A stretch of 64,000 nucleotides of DNA. It comes from an uncultured Chloroflexia bacterium (lineage in GTDB: Bacteria; Chloroflexota; Ktedonobacteria; Ktedonobacterales; Ktedonobacteraceae). The position numbers and the translations under genes were made by a program. The stretch is taken from positions 767,579 to 831,578 of the forward strand of contig OY969433.1 of assembly GCA_963699315.1 (NCBI GenBank), in the 5' to 3' direction. Below, piece by piece: positions 55,734 through 64,000 of this stretch (positions are counted from its first letter, which is position 1; each line of letters starts with the position of its first letter). The notes under the pieces were generated by a model that had not been told where the DNA came from, did no database searches, and was given only the letters and a program-made list of their open reading frames with translations.

Positions 55734-57392
55734 CTACTTCTCTTCCATAAATGATGAAACAACGCGTTCAACCAGTTCAGCAGGTAATGGCATAGCAACT
55801 ACCTCACCGATCTTTTTGGGCATAATCCAACGCAGCTGTTTTCCAACAACCTTTTTATCAAGTTGCATAGCCACCAAAATATCACGTGCCTGCGCAGAAC
55901 CCGAATACACAATAGGTAATCCCAGAGCAGCCAGCAGTTGGTTTTGACGAGCCACATCACTTGCTGCAAATAGACCAGCCTCCTGAGCCAGCGCAGCCGC
56001 AACAACCATACCGATGGAAACGGCCTCACCGTGTAACCACTCACCATAGCCAGAGACGTTTTCTAGAGCATGACCGAAGGTGTGCCCATAATTTAAGATA
56101 GCGCGAAGGCCTTGCTCACGCTCATCATTCTCTATCACCGCTACTTTTAAATCAATACAACGCGCAATGATCTGACAAAGCAGTGCCGCTGGAACCTGTG
56201 AAAATTTGCGTAATACATCTGCATGTGCATCTAATAGTGTGAACAACTCAGCGTCAAGTATGATACCATACTTTACAATTTCTGCCCATCCCTCTGTCCG
56301 AGAACGCACAGGCAACGAAGAGAGTACTGAAGGGTCAGCCAGTACCAGTCGAGGATGATAGAAAGCACCAATCAAATTTTTCCCGCGCGTATGATTGATG
56401 CCGGTTTTGCCTCCAATGGCCGAATCGACCTGTGCTAGCAGAGAGGTTGGAATCTGGATCAGCGGGACCCCTCGCAAATACGTGGAGGCTGCAAAGCCAA
56501 CAAGATCACCAACGACGCCACCGCCTAGTGCGATGATTGCTTCTCGCCTTTCAGCATGAAGTTCTAACAGCCAATCATAAAGCATAAAAAGCTGCTGCTG
56601 GGACTTACTCCCCTCACCAGCGGGAATAGCGTACACATGAGGTTCAAAGCCAGCGGCAATCAAATTTTCCACCATGGAAGGAATATATATATCATGAATA
56701 TTACTATCTGTCACAACAAAGACGCGCGGCGGCATCTGCAACTGTTGAAGGTAAAATGGCAGACGGCGAAGTCCTCCCCAATCTACCACAGCATCATATC
56801 CAATACCAACATGGACATGACGCACAATTGGATCTACCTTAGCGGACAGATTTAAATCAGTAAGCATAGCTATAATCTCCATAGTTATCTGCTCAACACT
56901 TTTATCCTGAGTGGAACAGATAACTTCCGCTTCTCTATACCATAGCTCACGAGCAGTCAACATCTCTTGAAGATTCGTCAGAGGATCGGGGCCGGATAAG
57001 AGGGGGCGAATCTCAGGAGTATAGCCCTGCTGCTGCTCGCGGGCATGTTGAGCTTGCAATCGTGCTAATGAGACATGGGGAGCAACTTGCATAAAAACGC
57101 GCACGCCATGTCGAACCATCAAGGCACGATTCTCTGCCAACACAACAACACCACCACCAGTAACGATGATAGCCTCATCACGATGTTGAACCGCCTGGGC
57201 CAATATGCGGCTCTCTAGAGAGCGAAAATACGCTTCACCATGTCGATTAAAGATTACAGGAATACGTTCTCCATATTCCTGTTCGATGAGCGCATCGATA
57301 TCAATTAAAAGGCGTCCCAGGTGTTGAGCCAGCAAACGTCCAACGGTGCTTTTTCCACTCCCAGACAGCCCTATCAAAAATACATGCTGCAT
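55734..57392 (-). CDS. aroKB: Bifunctional shikimate kinase / 3-dehydroquinate synthase
   Basis: The N-terminal Walker A is LIGLSGSGKSTVG (AroK). From about residue 190 there are AroB blocks: GGGVVGDLVGFAA, DSAIGGKTGIN and NYGHTFGHALE. Confidence 0.9.
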   Translation of the reverse strand: MQHVFLIGLSGSGKSTVGRLLAQHLGRLLIDIDALIEQEYGERIPVIFNRHGEAYFRSLESRILAQAVQHRDEAIIVTGGGVVVLAENRALMVRHGVRVFMQVAPHVSLARLQAQHAREQQQGYTPEIRPLLSGPDPLTNLQEMLTARELWYREAEVICSTQDKSVEQITMEIIAMLTDLNLSAKVDPIVRHVHVGIGYDAVVDWGGLRRLPFYLQQLQMPPRVFVVTDSNIHDIYIPSMVENLIAAGFEPHVYAIPAGEGSKSQQQLFMLYDWLLELHAERREAIIALGGGVVGDLVGFAASTYLRGVPLIQIPTSLLAQVDSAIGGKTGINHTRGKNLIGAFYHPRLVLADPSVLSSLPVRSRTEGWAEIVKYGIILDAELFTLLDAHADVLRKFSQVPAALLCQIIARCIDLKVAVIENDEREQGLRAILNYGHTFGHALENVSGYGEWLHGEAVSIGMVVAAALAQEAGLFAASDVARQNQLLAALGLPIVYSGSAQARDILVAMQLDKKVVGKQLRWIMPKKIGEVVAMPLPAELVERVVSSFMEEK

Positions 57393-57419
57393 AACCGCTA
57401 TTGTATCACGATTTTGACC

Positions 57420-59303
57420 TTAATAAAGCTCCTCATTTCTGATGGGAGTACTCAATGAGTCCACCAGACTAAAAAGTGTGGTATCGACAGATTGTACATG
57501 CTCTTGCACCGGTACACCATCACGTAAAAAGCCCTGAGCGCGATTATCATAGATAGAAAATTCTCTGCCAAAAGAGAAAACATATTGCTCAAGCTGGCCA
57601 GTTTGACGATTAAGCACAAGGAGTGTATCGTTCTTAGCGCAATTTACATCCTGCGCACAATCCTGCTGATCAACAAAATCGCCCACTAGAATCTGCCAAT
57701 TCTGATCCCATGTTTTCACCAGATACTGATGAGTGACATTGATATTTTGATCAAATGCCAGGAAAGTACTCTGGGCATTCTGCACATCGTATAACATCAC
57801 GCTAAGTGTAGGTAAACCGAAATGACCAACATACAACACCTGATGCGTCCCTACATTTGATAACGTCTTCGTTTTGGTCAAAGCCAGTTTCGCGTTAAAC
57901 TGCAAAACATTGATATCACCGCTACTAGGATCATATAGTAAGAGTTGAGAACGTCCAGAATTCGTAAAATCTCCGCTGTAAACAACCCAACTACTTCCCA
58001 GATTATGCAGTTCATGATAGTCATTGACTAGCAGATGCTGATCAAAATCCATGATACGGCCTTCTCCCTCTGTACGGTCATACAGGAAAATGCCATCTTG
58101 CTGCGTATTGACGAAACGACCAACATACACCTCCCAATTGGCATGCCAGAGCGTATACATTTGACGATCGCGAATAGTCAAGTTGGCATTAAAGTCCAGC
58201 AGCATAATATTCGCTGAACGTCCCTGCTTCTCCCAATCAGCCAATTGTGTACCACTAAGATCACCGCCCTGATCAGGGGTTGAGCCTTGATTCAATGTAG
58301 ATGCAGATGGTACATCATAGCTCACATTCTGCGTAGCCAAACTATTCGTTGAAGTCGCTTTTACAGTATTCGCTGCCGTTGGCGTCGTTACAACGGCAGG
58401 CGGTACTGCCGTAGGTGCTGTGACTGGCGGTGTTGTTGGAGTTGCCACTACGGTAGGAACCGCGGTAGGCGTTGCGCTGGGAACGACAGTCGCAGTGGGG
58501 GTTGCGGTGACCACAGGCGTCGCAGTCACCGTAGGTGTTGGATCAGGCGTAGCCACCACTGTCGAAGTCGGTGTTGGCGTCACCGTAGCAACAGGCGTTG
58601 CTGTAGAGGTCGGTGTTGGCGTAGGAACCGCTTTTACAGTAGACGTCGCCTGAGGCGTTGAACTGCTAGTAGGCAACTTGTTTGTTACGGCAGGTTGTGT
58701 TGCTACTGAGTTAGTCGGACCGCTCTGATTATTCGTATCAGATGGCAAAGGGGAATCAGAGACATTACTTGTAGTTATAGCATAGCGTTTATACATAAAA
58801 ACGCCACTACTTTTCCCATTGAAACGTCCAACAGCGAGTTCCCAGTCCGTACCAATATCCGGAATCGTTACATGCTTTTTGATGTGAAAATCTGATGTCA
58901 AGCTTATAAGTTGTATCGTCCCTGCTACACGGTCATACAACAAAATTTCAGATGCCTTACCGCCTGAAAAATTACCTATATAAATATCCAGTGACGAACC
59001 CCACGTACCATCAGGAGTAATCGAGTCACCGAGATTCACTATTGGTGAATCGGCCGCCGGAACCTGAAAAAGATTATCATTAAGTGATCCGTCAGCAGAT
59101 ATATGCGGACGCACCTTCTGTGCCATCACTCTCTGCTGATTCAGTCTATAAATCTGAAGTTTGCCTTGCTGCCGATTGTAGAGGAGTAGACTATTCGTAC
59201 CGGTACCAGTAAAATCAGCGTTGTACTCCTGATCTGATGAGGCAGGAGAAAGGCCTAGCGCGATGCGATCACTCGTATATGTTGTCTGTGGCTGCTGTGT
59301 CAC
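57420..59303 (-). CDS. Repeat protein with FG-GAP/VCBS-like beta-propeller blades split by a ~100-aa Pro/Thr/Val/Ala linker
   Basis: Recurrent blades follow the pattern hG.F....h.hhLYD...G.h.hh (IGNFSGGKASEILLYD, VGRFNGKSSGVFMYK, VGRFVNTQQDGIFLYD, SGDFTNSGRSQLLLYD, VGHFGLPTLSVMLYD). Its start overlaps the CHAP gene stop by 4 nt. Confidence 0.75.
   Translation of the reverse strand: MTQQPQTTYTSDRIALGLSPASSDQEYNADFTGTGTNSLLLYNRQQGKLQIYRLNQQRVMAQKVRPHISADGSLNDNLFQVPAADSPIVNLGDSITPDGTWGSSLDIYIGNFSGGKASEILLYDRVAGTIQLISLTSDFHIKKHVTIPDIGTDWELAVGRFNGKSSGVFMYKRYAITTSNVSDSPLPSDTNNQSGPTNSVATQPAVTNKLPTSSSTPQATSTVKAVPTPTPTSTATPVATVTPTPTSTVVATPDPTPTVTATPVVTATPTATVVPSATPTAVPTVVATPTTPPVTAPTAVPPAVVTTPTAANTVKATSTNSLATQNVSYDVPSASTLNQGSTPDQGGDLSGTQLADWEKQGRSANIMLLDFNANLTIRDRQMYTLWHANWEVYVGRFVNTQQDGIFLYDRTEGEGRIMDFDQHLLVNDYHELHNLGSSWVVYSGDFTNSGRSQLLLYDPSSGDINVLQFNAKLALTKTKTLSNVGTHQVLYVGHFGLPTLSVMLYDVQNAQSTFLAFDQNINVTHQYLVKTWDQNWQILVGDFVDQQDCAQDVNCAKNDTLLVLNRQTGQLEQYVFSFGREFSIYDNRAQGFLRDGVPVQEHVQSVDTTLFSLVDSLSTPIRNEELY
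58374..58673 (-). repeat. Low-complexity coding repeat (PT/TPV/ATP linker)
   Basis: It encodes PTSSSTPQATSTVKAVPTPTPTSTATPVATVTPTPTSTVVATPDPTPTVTATPVVTATPTATVVPSATPTAVPTVVATPTTPPVTAPTAVPPAVVTTPTA. On the plus strand it appears as ggNgtNgc-type periodic DNA. Confidence 0.85.
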
Positions 59304-60073
59304 GCTCGCGCTGGTATCTGTACCGACATTTGCCGTCGATTGGTTGTCGGCGTATTCAATGCATTATTGGCCTGTTGCACAGCAGCCGTTGGATCAGCAA
59401 CGCCATCAATGCCCGGAAGTTGAGCAAATAACTTTTCATCAATCGCCTGGGGGAAATAAATAAATCGCAACTGACCATTCTGAAACTGTGGCTCATTGAT
59501 CAGTGACACACTATAATTCGTGCCTGTATACATATATTGAGCATCGCCATAATTTTGATAAGTCACATCAAAAGTCGAGCCATCGCCACTTACAGATGTC
59601 ACAAAGGCCACATGGCCAGCCGGTCCAGCTGCCCAATATCCATCGTCGACAGGAAAAACCGCGATTGAACCCACACGAGGAGTTGTTCCTAAGGTTAAAC
59701 CAGAAGCTTGAGCATCGACAGCCCAATCAGCAGCATTTCCCCAAGTCGGAGGAAGATTATAATTAAGCGAATGCCATTGTTCCCAGGCCCACCAAACACA
59801 ATTTCCGCCTGTTGGATAGGGTCCTGGACAAAGAGCGTATGGATTTCCATCAGAAGAAAAATACGCCTGACTACATGTGTCAGAAGCCTTCTGTATATGA
59901 GATTGTTGCGCGCTAGCAGACAATGAGAAAAACGGCGAAAATTCTAGTGTAACAATACAACAAAGGAAAAATAATCCAGCGGCTCTTGCCCACATGCGGC
60001 TGTTATAGTAACCGCTCATCATGCGTCGACCCTTCAGCATCCGTCCTTGAGCTGAAACAAGCATACAGGCCAC
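59300..60073 (-). CDS. Secreted CHAP-domain amidase/peptidase
   Basis: It has a signal-like helix (AAGLFFLCCIVTLEF...SASAQQ), the CHAP Cys block GNCVWWAWEQW and the His block PAGHVAFVTSV. The exact start is uncertain. Confidence 0.82.
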   Translation of the reverse strand: MACMLVSAQGRMLKGRRMMSGYYNSRMWARAAGLFFLCCIVTLEFSPFFSLSASAQQSHIQKASDTCSQAYFSSDGNPYALCPGPYPTGGNCVWWAWEQWHSLNYNLPPTWGNAADWAVDAQASGLTLGTTPRVGSIAVFPVDDGYWAAGPAGHVAFVTSVSGDGSTFDVTYQNYGDAQYMYTGTNYSVSLINEPQFQNGQLRFIYFPQAIDEKLFAQLPGIDGVADPTAAVQQANNALNTPTTNRRQMSVQIPARA

Positions 60074-60519
60074 ACCTTCCTACGGCGAACAGAGATGGTA
60101 CATTTTATTCGATCAAACCCATGTAAACCAGACATGCACGCAGACTAATTGGAGCATCTCAAAAAACAAAAAAGCATATCCAAGCACGCTTGCAATGGCA
60201 TATCTAGCCCCAGGGGTAGTAGACACATTCTCAAATATATACAGGTTTATAGCCTCAATACTCGACGAAGTATACCATCGTATTTATATAGAATCAAGTT
60301 ACTGTCATGCTTTTCTAGTACTTACGATAACTTACAAAAGATTTGTGTCAGCACAAAAAATTGAAGAGCTATGTTTGTTCTTTCCTGGTCAAGGTCGTTC
60401 AGCACTTGTGAATGAAGACAAAGTGAGTAAAAATATTATGGAAGAAACCTGTCCCAAAACCATAAAATGCTCAGGACTTTTCGAACCTTCGAAGAGCCCT
60501 GAGAAAGCGGCCAAAACAA

Positions 60520-60548
60520 TTGACAAGATGCACTGCGCGTGCTATTAT
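60520..60548 (+). promoter_or_regulatory. Sigma-70-type promoter for the tRNA-Val pair
   Basis: TTGACA (60520-60525), a 17-nt spacer and TATTAT (60543-60548) end 12 nt before the first tRNA nucleotide. Confidence 0.7.
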
Positions 60549-60560
60549 TGTCAGCGTTAA

Positions 60561-60634
<74 letters not shown>

Positions 60635-60671
60635 CTCGAGCAACTATTTCTGTTATGCTTGTTCGTATTGA

Positions 60672-60749
<78 letters not shown>

Positions 60750-60750
60750 C

Positions 60751-60782
60751 GGTCATCTACATCTGGATGACCACTTTTTTTG
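60751..60782 (+). terminator. Rho-independent terminator after the tRNA pair
   Basis: GGTCATC (60751-57) pairs with GATGACC (60766-72), followed by acTTTTTTTT. Confidence 0.8.
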
Positions 60783-60885
60783 TCCTCTTCCCCATCTTTA
60801 TCTCTTTATCCTTGTTTTCAGAAACGCAGCCTACGTCGTACCTTAGGACAAAGTGACCTGCATAGGTGGCACGATGACGAAAAGA

Positions 60886-60920
60886 AGCGTTGTAGCAAAT
60901 AATTATTTAGCCACAACGCT
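60886..60920 (-). terminator. Terminator candidate downstream of ispG
   Basis: On the minus strand, AGCGTTGTGGC...GCTACAACGCT (one mismatch) is followed by TTCTTTTC. Confidence 0.55.
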
Positions 60921-60950
60921 TCAATAAAAGCATATCCAGAAAAAACTAAG

Positions 60951-62189
60951 TTATGCTCTCGGCAAAATTGGAATATTCATACCTTCGTCGCGTGTACGAT
61001 GGGTACCCGCAATCGCACTAATACCACCCTCTGGATAGACGAGTCTGGCTTCTGCTTCAGGCAGGAGACTGGCGACCTCCTTAAGGACAGCATCTAGAAA
61101 CTGGTCTTCAGGTACAGTCTTGACGACTAGACCTTTACGGAAGATTACCCCTTTGCCCTTGCCACCAGCAAGACCCACATCGGCATCTCGTGACTCTCCA
61201 GGACCGTTCACGACACATCCCATCACAGCAACCTGGATCGGCGTTTGCACCTTGGATAAACGTTTTTCAACCTCGTTGGCGACGCTGATCACATCAATCT
61301 CGACGCGGCCACACGATGGACAAGAGACGAAGGTTACGCCTCGATTACGCAATTCAAGAGAACGCAGAATTTCAAAAGCGACAGGAATCTCCTCCTCAGG
61401 TTCTGCACTCAAACTAACGCGTAGAGTATCACCAATACCTTCAGCCAGCAGGATACCCAATCCAACGGAGGATTTCACGGAACCAGAGACAAGCGTGCCA
61501 GCCTCTGTGATACCCAGGTGTATTGGATAGTCAGAACGCTGCGAGAAACGACGATATGCTTCGATGGCAGTTAAGACAGTCGAAGATTTCAAAGAGACAT
61601 CGATCTCATGATAGTCCAAAGCTTCACACCAGCTAATATATTCCAGTGCTTTGACCACCATGCGCTCAGCTAAACGCTCGCGCTCAATGCGTCGTGCTTC
61701 TGCTGGATCAGAACGCTCCAGGGTCCCATCATCACGCAAGCGCACCTGAACACGCTGCATCTGAGCACCCTTATCTATTGCATCAATCGAACCAGAGTTC
61801 ACACCAATACGCATTGCAACACCACGCTCTTTAGCTGCCAGAACGATTTTCTCCAAAGACTCACGGCCTTTGAGGAGATTTCCAGGATTAATACGTACTT
61901 TATCAATCCCCTGACGGATCGATTCTAAAGCTAACTCTGGATTATAATGAATATCGGCCACGAGGGGAATATTGATACGTCGCTTAATTTCGCCTAATAC
62001 AACCGCATCATCCATTTCAGGGACCGCAACGCGCACGATCTCACAGCCAACATCCTGTAGGCGATAAATTTGAGCAACAGTGGACTCTACATCACGCGTA
62101 TAGGTAGTGGTCATAGATTGTACAGAGACGGGCGCGCCTCCGCCAATCGCAACATTTCCTACATGTATTTGTCGTGTTTTTTTTCGCAT
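60951..62189 (-). CDS. ispG: 4-hydroxy-3-methylbut-2-enyl diphosphate synthase
   Basis: I chose ATG 62189 (MRKKTRQIHVGNVAIGGGAPVSVQSMT), which clears the rseP stop. The Fe-S Cys block is FVSCPSCGR...MGCVVNGPGE. Confidence 0.92.
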   Translation of the reverse strand: MRKKTRQIHVGNVAIGGGAPVSVQSMTTTYTRDVESTVAQIYRLQDVGCEIVRVAVPEMDDAVVLGEIKRRINIPLVADIHYNPELALESIRQGIDKVRINPGNLLKGRESLEKIVLAAKERGVAMRIGVNSGSIDAIDKGAQMQRVQVRLRDDGTLERSDPAEARRIERERLAERMVVKALEYISWCEALDYHEIDVSLKSSTVLTAIEAYRRFSQRSDYPIHLGITEAGTLVSGSVKSSVGLGILLAEGIGDTLRVSLSAEPEEEIPVAFEILRSLELRNRGVTFVSCPSCGRVEIDVISVANEVEKRLSKVQTPIQVAVMGCVVNGPGESRDADVGLAGGKGKGVIFRKGLVVKTVPEDQFLDAVLKEVASLLPEAEARLVYPEGGISAIAGTHRTRDEGMNIPILPRA

Positions 62190-62208
62190 AACTGAAATTG
62201 AGCTCCGT

Positions 62209-63420
62209 TTAGCTTCCCCAATGCATAATGTCACTTACAGTGACCACAACCATCAGGACTAATAGTAAGGCAAAACCAACCAGATTTATAAGACCTTCGC
62301 GCTCTGGTTTTAGACGCTTCCCACCACGCAATAATTCCACTAATATAAGAAAGACGCGTCCACCATCCAAAGCGGGGAATGGTAAGATATTAAATATCGC
62401 TAGATTAATACTTAAAGCAGCAGTAAGACTTAAAATGGGCCACCATCCGATTGTAGGCGTTTCTGATGCAACGGTCTGGGTCACCTGCGCAATGCCCACC
62501 GGCCCTGAAATTTGTGGCTGAATAGCGCCAACAATCATTTTGCCTATAATTGACAGATAATCATGAATAAACTGAACAGTATGCACCATTCCTCGAAATG
62601 GAGCTTGCCATAAAGGATAATGCATGATCTCAACTTTACTATCTATCCCCATCGCACCTTCTCCGGCGGGCGGATGAAGACGGGCGGCAACGGTCACAGC
62701 GATAGGGGTCTTCTCGTTACTACGCAGTACCGTTAAGTGAACAGGCACTGTGGCAGTACCACTACTCTTTGCAGTTGCAAGTACCTGGCTCACAGTTGTT
62801 GACACACCAGTAAAATCTTGAACTTTCTTCCCATTGACGGTCAGGATTTTATCATTCGCCTGTAAACCGGCCACAGCGGCTGGAGAATTCGCCCCAACTG
62901 ATCCTACGATTGCCTCATTGGAAATGACCGGTTCTCCCAGACCATAAGCAACCGTAAAGAGAGCAATGCCCAACAGGAAATTCATAAACACGCCAGCGCA
63001 CAGCACAACAATACGTTTGCCAGCAGGTTTAGCTGCGAACGAACCAGCATCATAGTGACCATCTTCATCAAGAACATCACCGCTTTCACCTGGCATCCGT
63101 ACAAAACCGCCGATTGGCAAAAGATTGAGCGAGTAAATAGTATGGTGTGGACGTTCAGACGCGGTAGCTCCCTTGCCACCACTGACGCCATTGAAAGGAT
63201 TTTGGATATTACTGGTATCCACCGAACTTCCCCGACCCAACCACATTACTTCCCATCCTCCTCGGTCACGCTTGCGCACACTGACAATATTAGGAGGGAT
63301 ACCAATACCAAACTCTTCTACACGAATACCAGCCCACTTCGCCGTCAAAAAATGACCAAGCTCATGCACAAACACAAGCAATGCAAAGACTGGAATAACA
63401 GCGAGTATATACCAGCTCAT
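62209..63420 (-). CDS. rseP: M50 site-2 protease RseP-type with PDZ domain
   Basis: It has the HExxH motif (VHELGHFLTAK), a central PDZ-like segment (AGLQANDKILTVNGKKV) and NILPFPALDGG. Confidence 0.92.
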   Translation of the reverse strand: MSWYILAVIPVFALLVFVHELGHFLTAKWAGIRVEEFGIGIPPNIVSVRKRDRGGWEVMWLGRGSSVDTSNIQNPFNGVSGGKGATASERPHHTIYSLNLLPIGGFVRMPGESGDVLDEDGHYDAGSFAAKPAGKRIVVLCAGVFMNFLLGIALFTVAYGLGEPVISNEAIVGSVGANSPAAVAGLQANDKILTVNGKKVQDFTGVSTTVSQVLATAKSSGTATVPVHLTVLRSNEKTPIAVTVAARLHPPAGEGAMGIDSKVEIMHYPLWQAPFRGMVHTVQFIHDYLSIIGKMIVGAIQPQISGPVGIAQVTQTVASETPTIGWWPILSLTAALSINLAIFNILPFPALDGGRVFLILVELLRGGKRLKPEREGLINLVGFALLLVLMVVVTVSDIMHWGS

Positions 63421-63536
63421 CCCATTTTCCTTTACTCACACAAAATCCCATCAAGGAATTGTGTCCACTATTTCCCGCTCCTTCTGATACACACTCGTGG
63501 AGCAACATTGCAGCAGGAACATCCAGAGAAGTGTAG

Positions 63537-64000
63537 CTAGACATGTTTCTTCCACATCTCGCGCACTGCACGACGTCCCCAGGCACAAGCCTCAAGAGTT
63601 GTAGCTACATCAGGTTGTTCAACGGATTGGTGGCGTTCCAGCGCACCTTCAATCAACTGAGCAATCTCAACATATCCAATCTTGCCAGCCAGGAACAATT
63701 CAACAGCCTCTTCATCAGCACCGACGAGTACACAAGGATAGGTTCCACCACGTTTCCCTGCTTCAACAGCCAGACGAAAACATGGGAAACGAGATAAATC
63801 GAGATCTTCAAAATGGAGAGCAGCCACATCAGCCCAATGCAATTCGCGAATAAAATCCGTTGACGCTGCATCAAGACGATGAGGATATCCCAGAGCATTC
63901 ATAATAGGAAGATGCATACTTGGCAGACTAGCCTGCATTTTTATCGAGCCATCGATAAACTCGACCATAGAGTGGATTATGCTTTCTGGTTGCACTACCA
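63537..64000 (-). CDS. dxr: 1-deoxy-D-xylulose 5-phosphate reductoisomerase, C-terminal part (5' end off-window)
   Basis: It has the Dxr C-terminal blocks PESIIHSMVEFIDGSIKMQASLPSMHLPIMNALGYPHR. The frame stays open to the window edge. Confidence 0.9.
   Translation of the reverse strand, partial: VVQPESIIHSMVEFIDGSIKMQASLPSMHLPIMNALGYPHRLDAASTDFIRELHWADVAALHFEDLDLSRFPCFRLAVEAGKRGGTYPCVLVGADEEAVELFLAGKIGYVEIAQLIEGALERHQSVEQPDVATTLEACAWGRRAVREMWKKHV

Noticed and set aside
58420-58653. Gly/Val/Ala-rich 77-aa plus-strand ORF.
   Set aside because: It is the reverse complement of the Pro/Thr linker of the repeat protein, so it is a low-complexity artefact.
60195-60560. 121-aa plus-strand ORF upstream of the tRNAs.
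   Set aside because: It lies in an AT-rich region with no RBS and no recognisable motifs. Its 3' end is occupied by the TTGACA-N17-TATTAT tRNA promoter and runs straight into the tRNA.

Overview
The window is 64 kb of bacterial chromosome with about 50 protein genes, two tandem tRNA-Val genes and several hairpin terminators. I saw no rRNA, CRISPR array, transposase or integrase.

Layout:
- 1-20.3 kb, housekeeping and transport genes: partial ligA, a Hanks-type kinase, glyA, an EF-G paralog, an MFS transporter, a Gfo/Idh/MocA-AKR fusion, a LON-N domain protein, yqeY, a sodium:solute symporter, an NHLRC2-like protein, rocA/pruA and an MBL hydrolase.
- 20.4-49.2 kb, a large surface-glycan (EPS/O-antigen-like) locus, which is the accessory part of the window.
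  - An eight-gene minus-strand operon carries a tandemly duplicated three-gene module (membrane-anchored NodB deacetylase, ATP-grasp ligase, two-Rossmann flavoprotein), a third deacetylase and a WbpD-like acetyltransferase.
  - A plus-strand operon carries a Wzz/BY-kinase, a UDP-sugar 6-dehydrogenase, a MurJ-Wzy fusion, four GT4 glycosyltransferases (one frameshifted), two tandem AsnB-type amidotransferases and a 4-epimerase.
  - WbpB-like and WbpE-like genes and a small initiating phosphoglycosyl transferase complete the locus.
- 49.4-64 kb: an orphan OmpR-type response regulator, a ~0.9 kb AT-rich gene-free tract, then a co-directional housekeeping string (CHAP amidase, FG-GAP-like repeat protein, aroK/aroB, aroQ, pepP, efp, BCCP-like, xseA, xseB, DUF212), the tRNA-Val pair, and ispG-rseP-dxr (partial).

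Most interesting observations:
- the duplicated deacetylase/ATP-grasp/flavoprotein module;
- the MurJ-Wzy fusion;
- a BCCP-like protein whose biotinyl-lysine is replaced (QSLN instead of EAMK), with no accC beside it;
- a 590-bp hairpin-rich, coding-like-GC spacer between convergent genes;
- an in-frame TGA in yqeY;
- a frameshifted GT4 gene.

Taxonomic guess (inference only): a monoderm-type bacterium, possibly Chloroflexota/Ktedonobacteria-like. This rests on PT-rich linkers, Bacillus-like aroQ-pepP-efp-accB-xseAB synteny and the absence of a Wza-type outer-membrane exporter. It cannot be confirmed without a database search.
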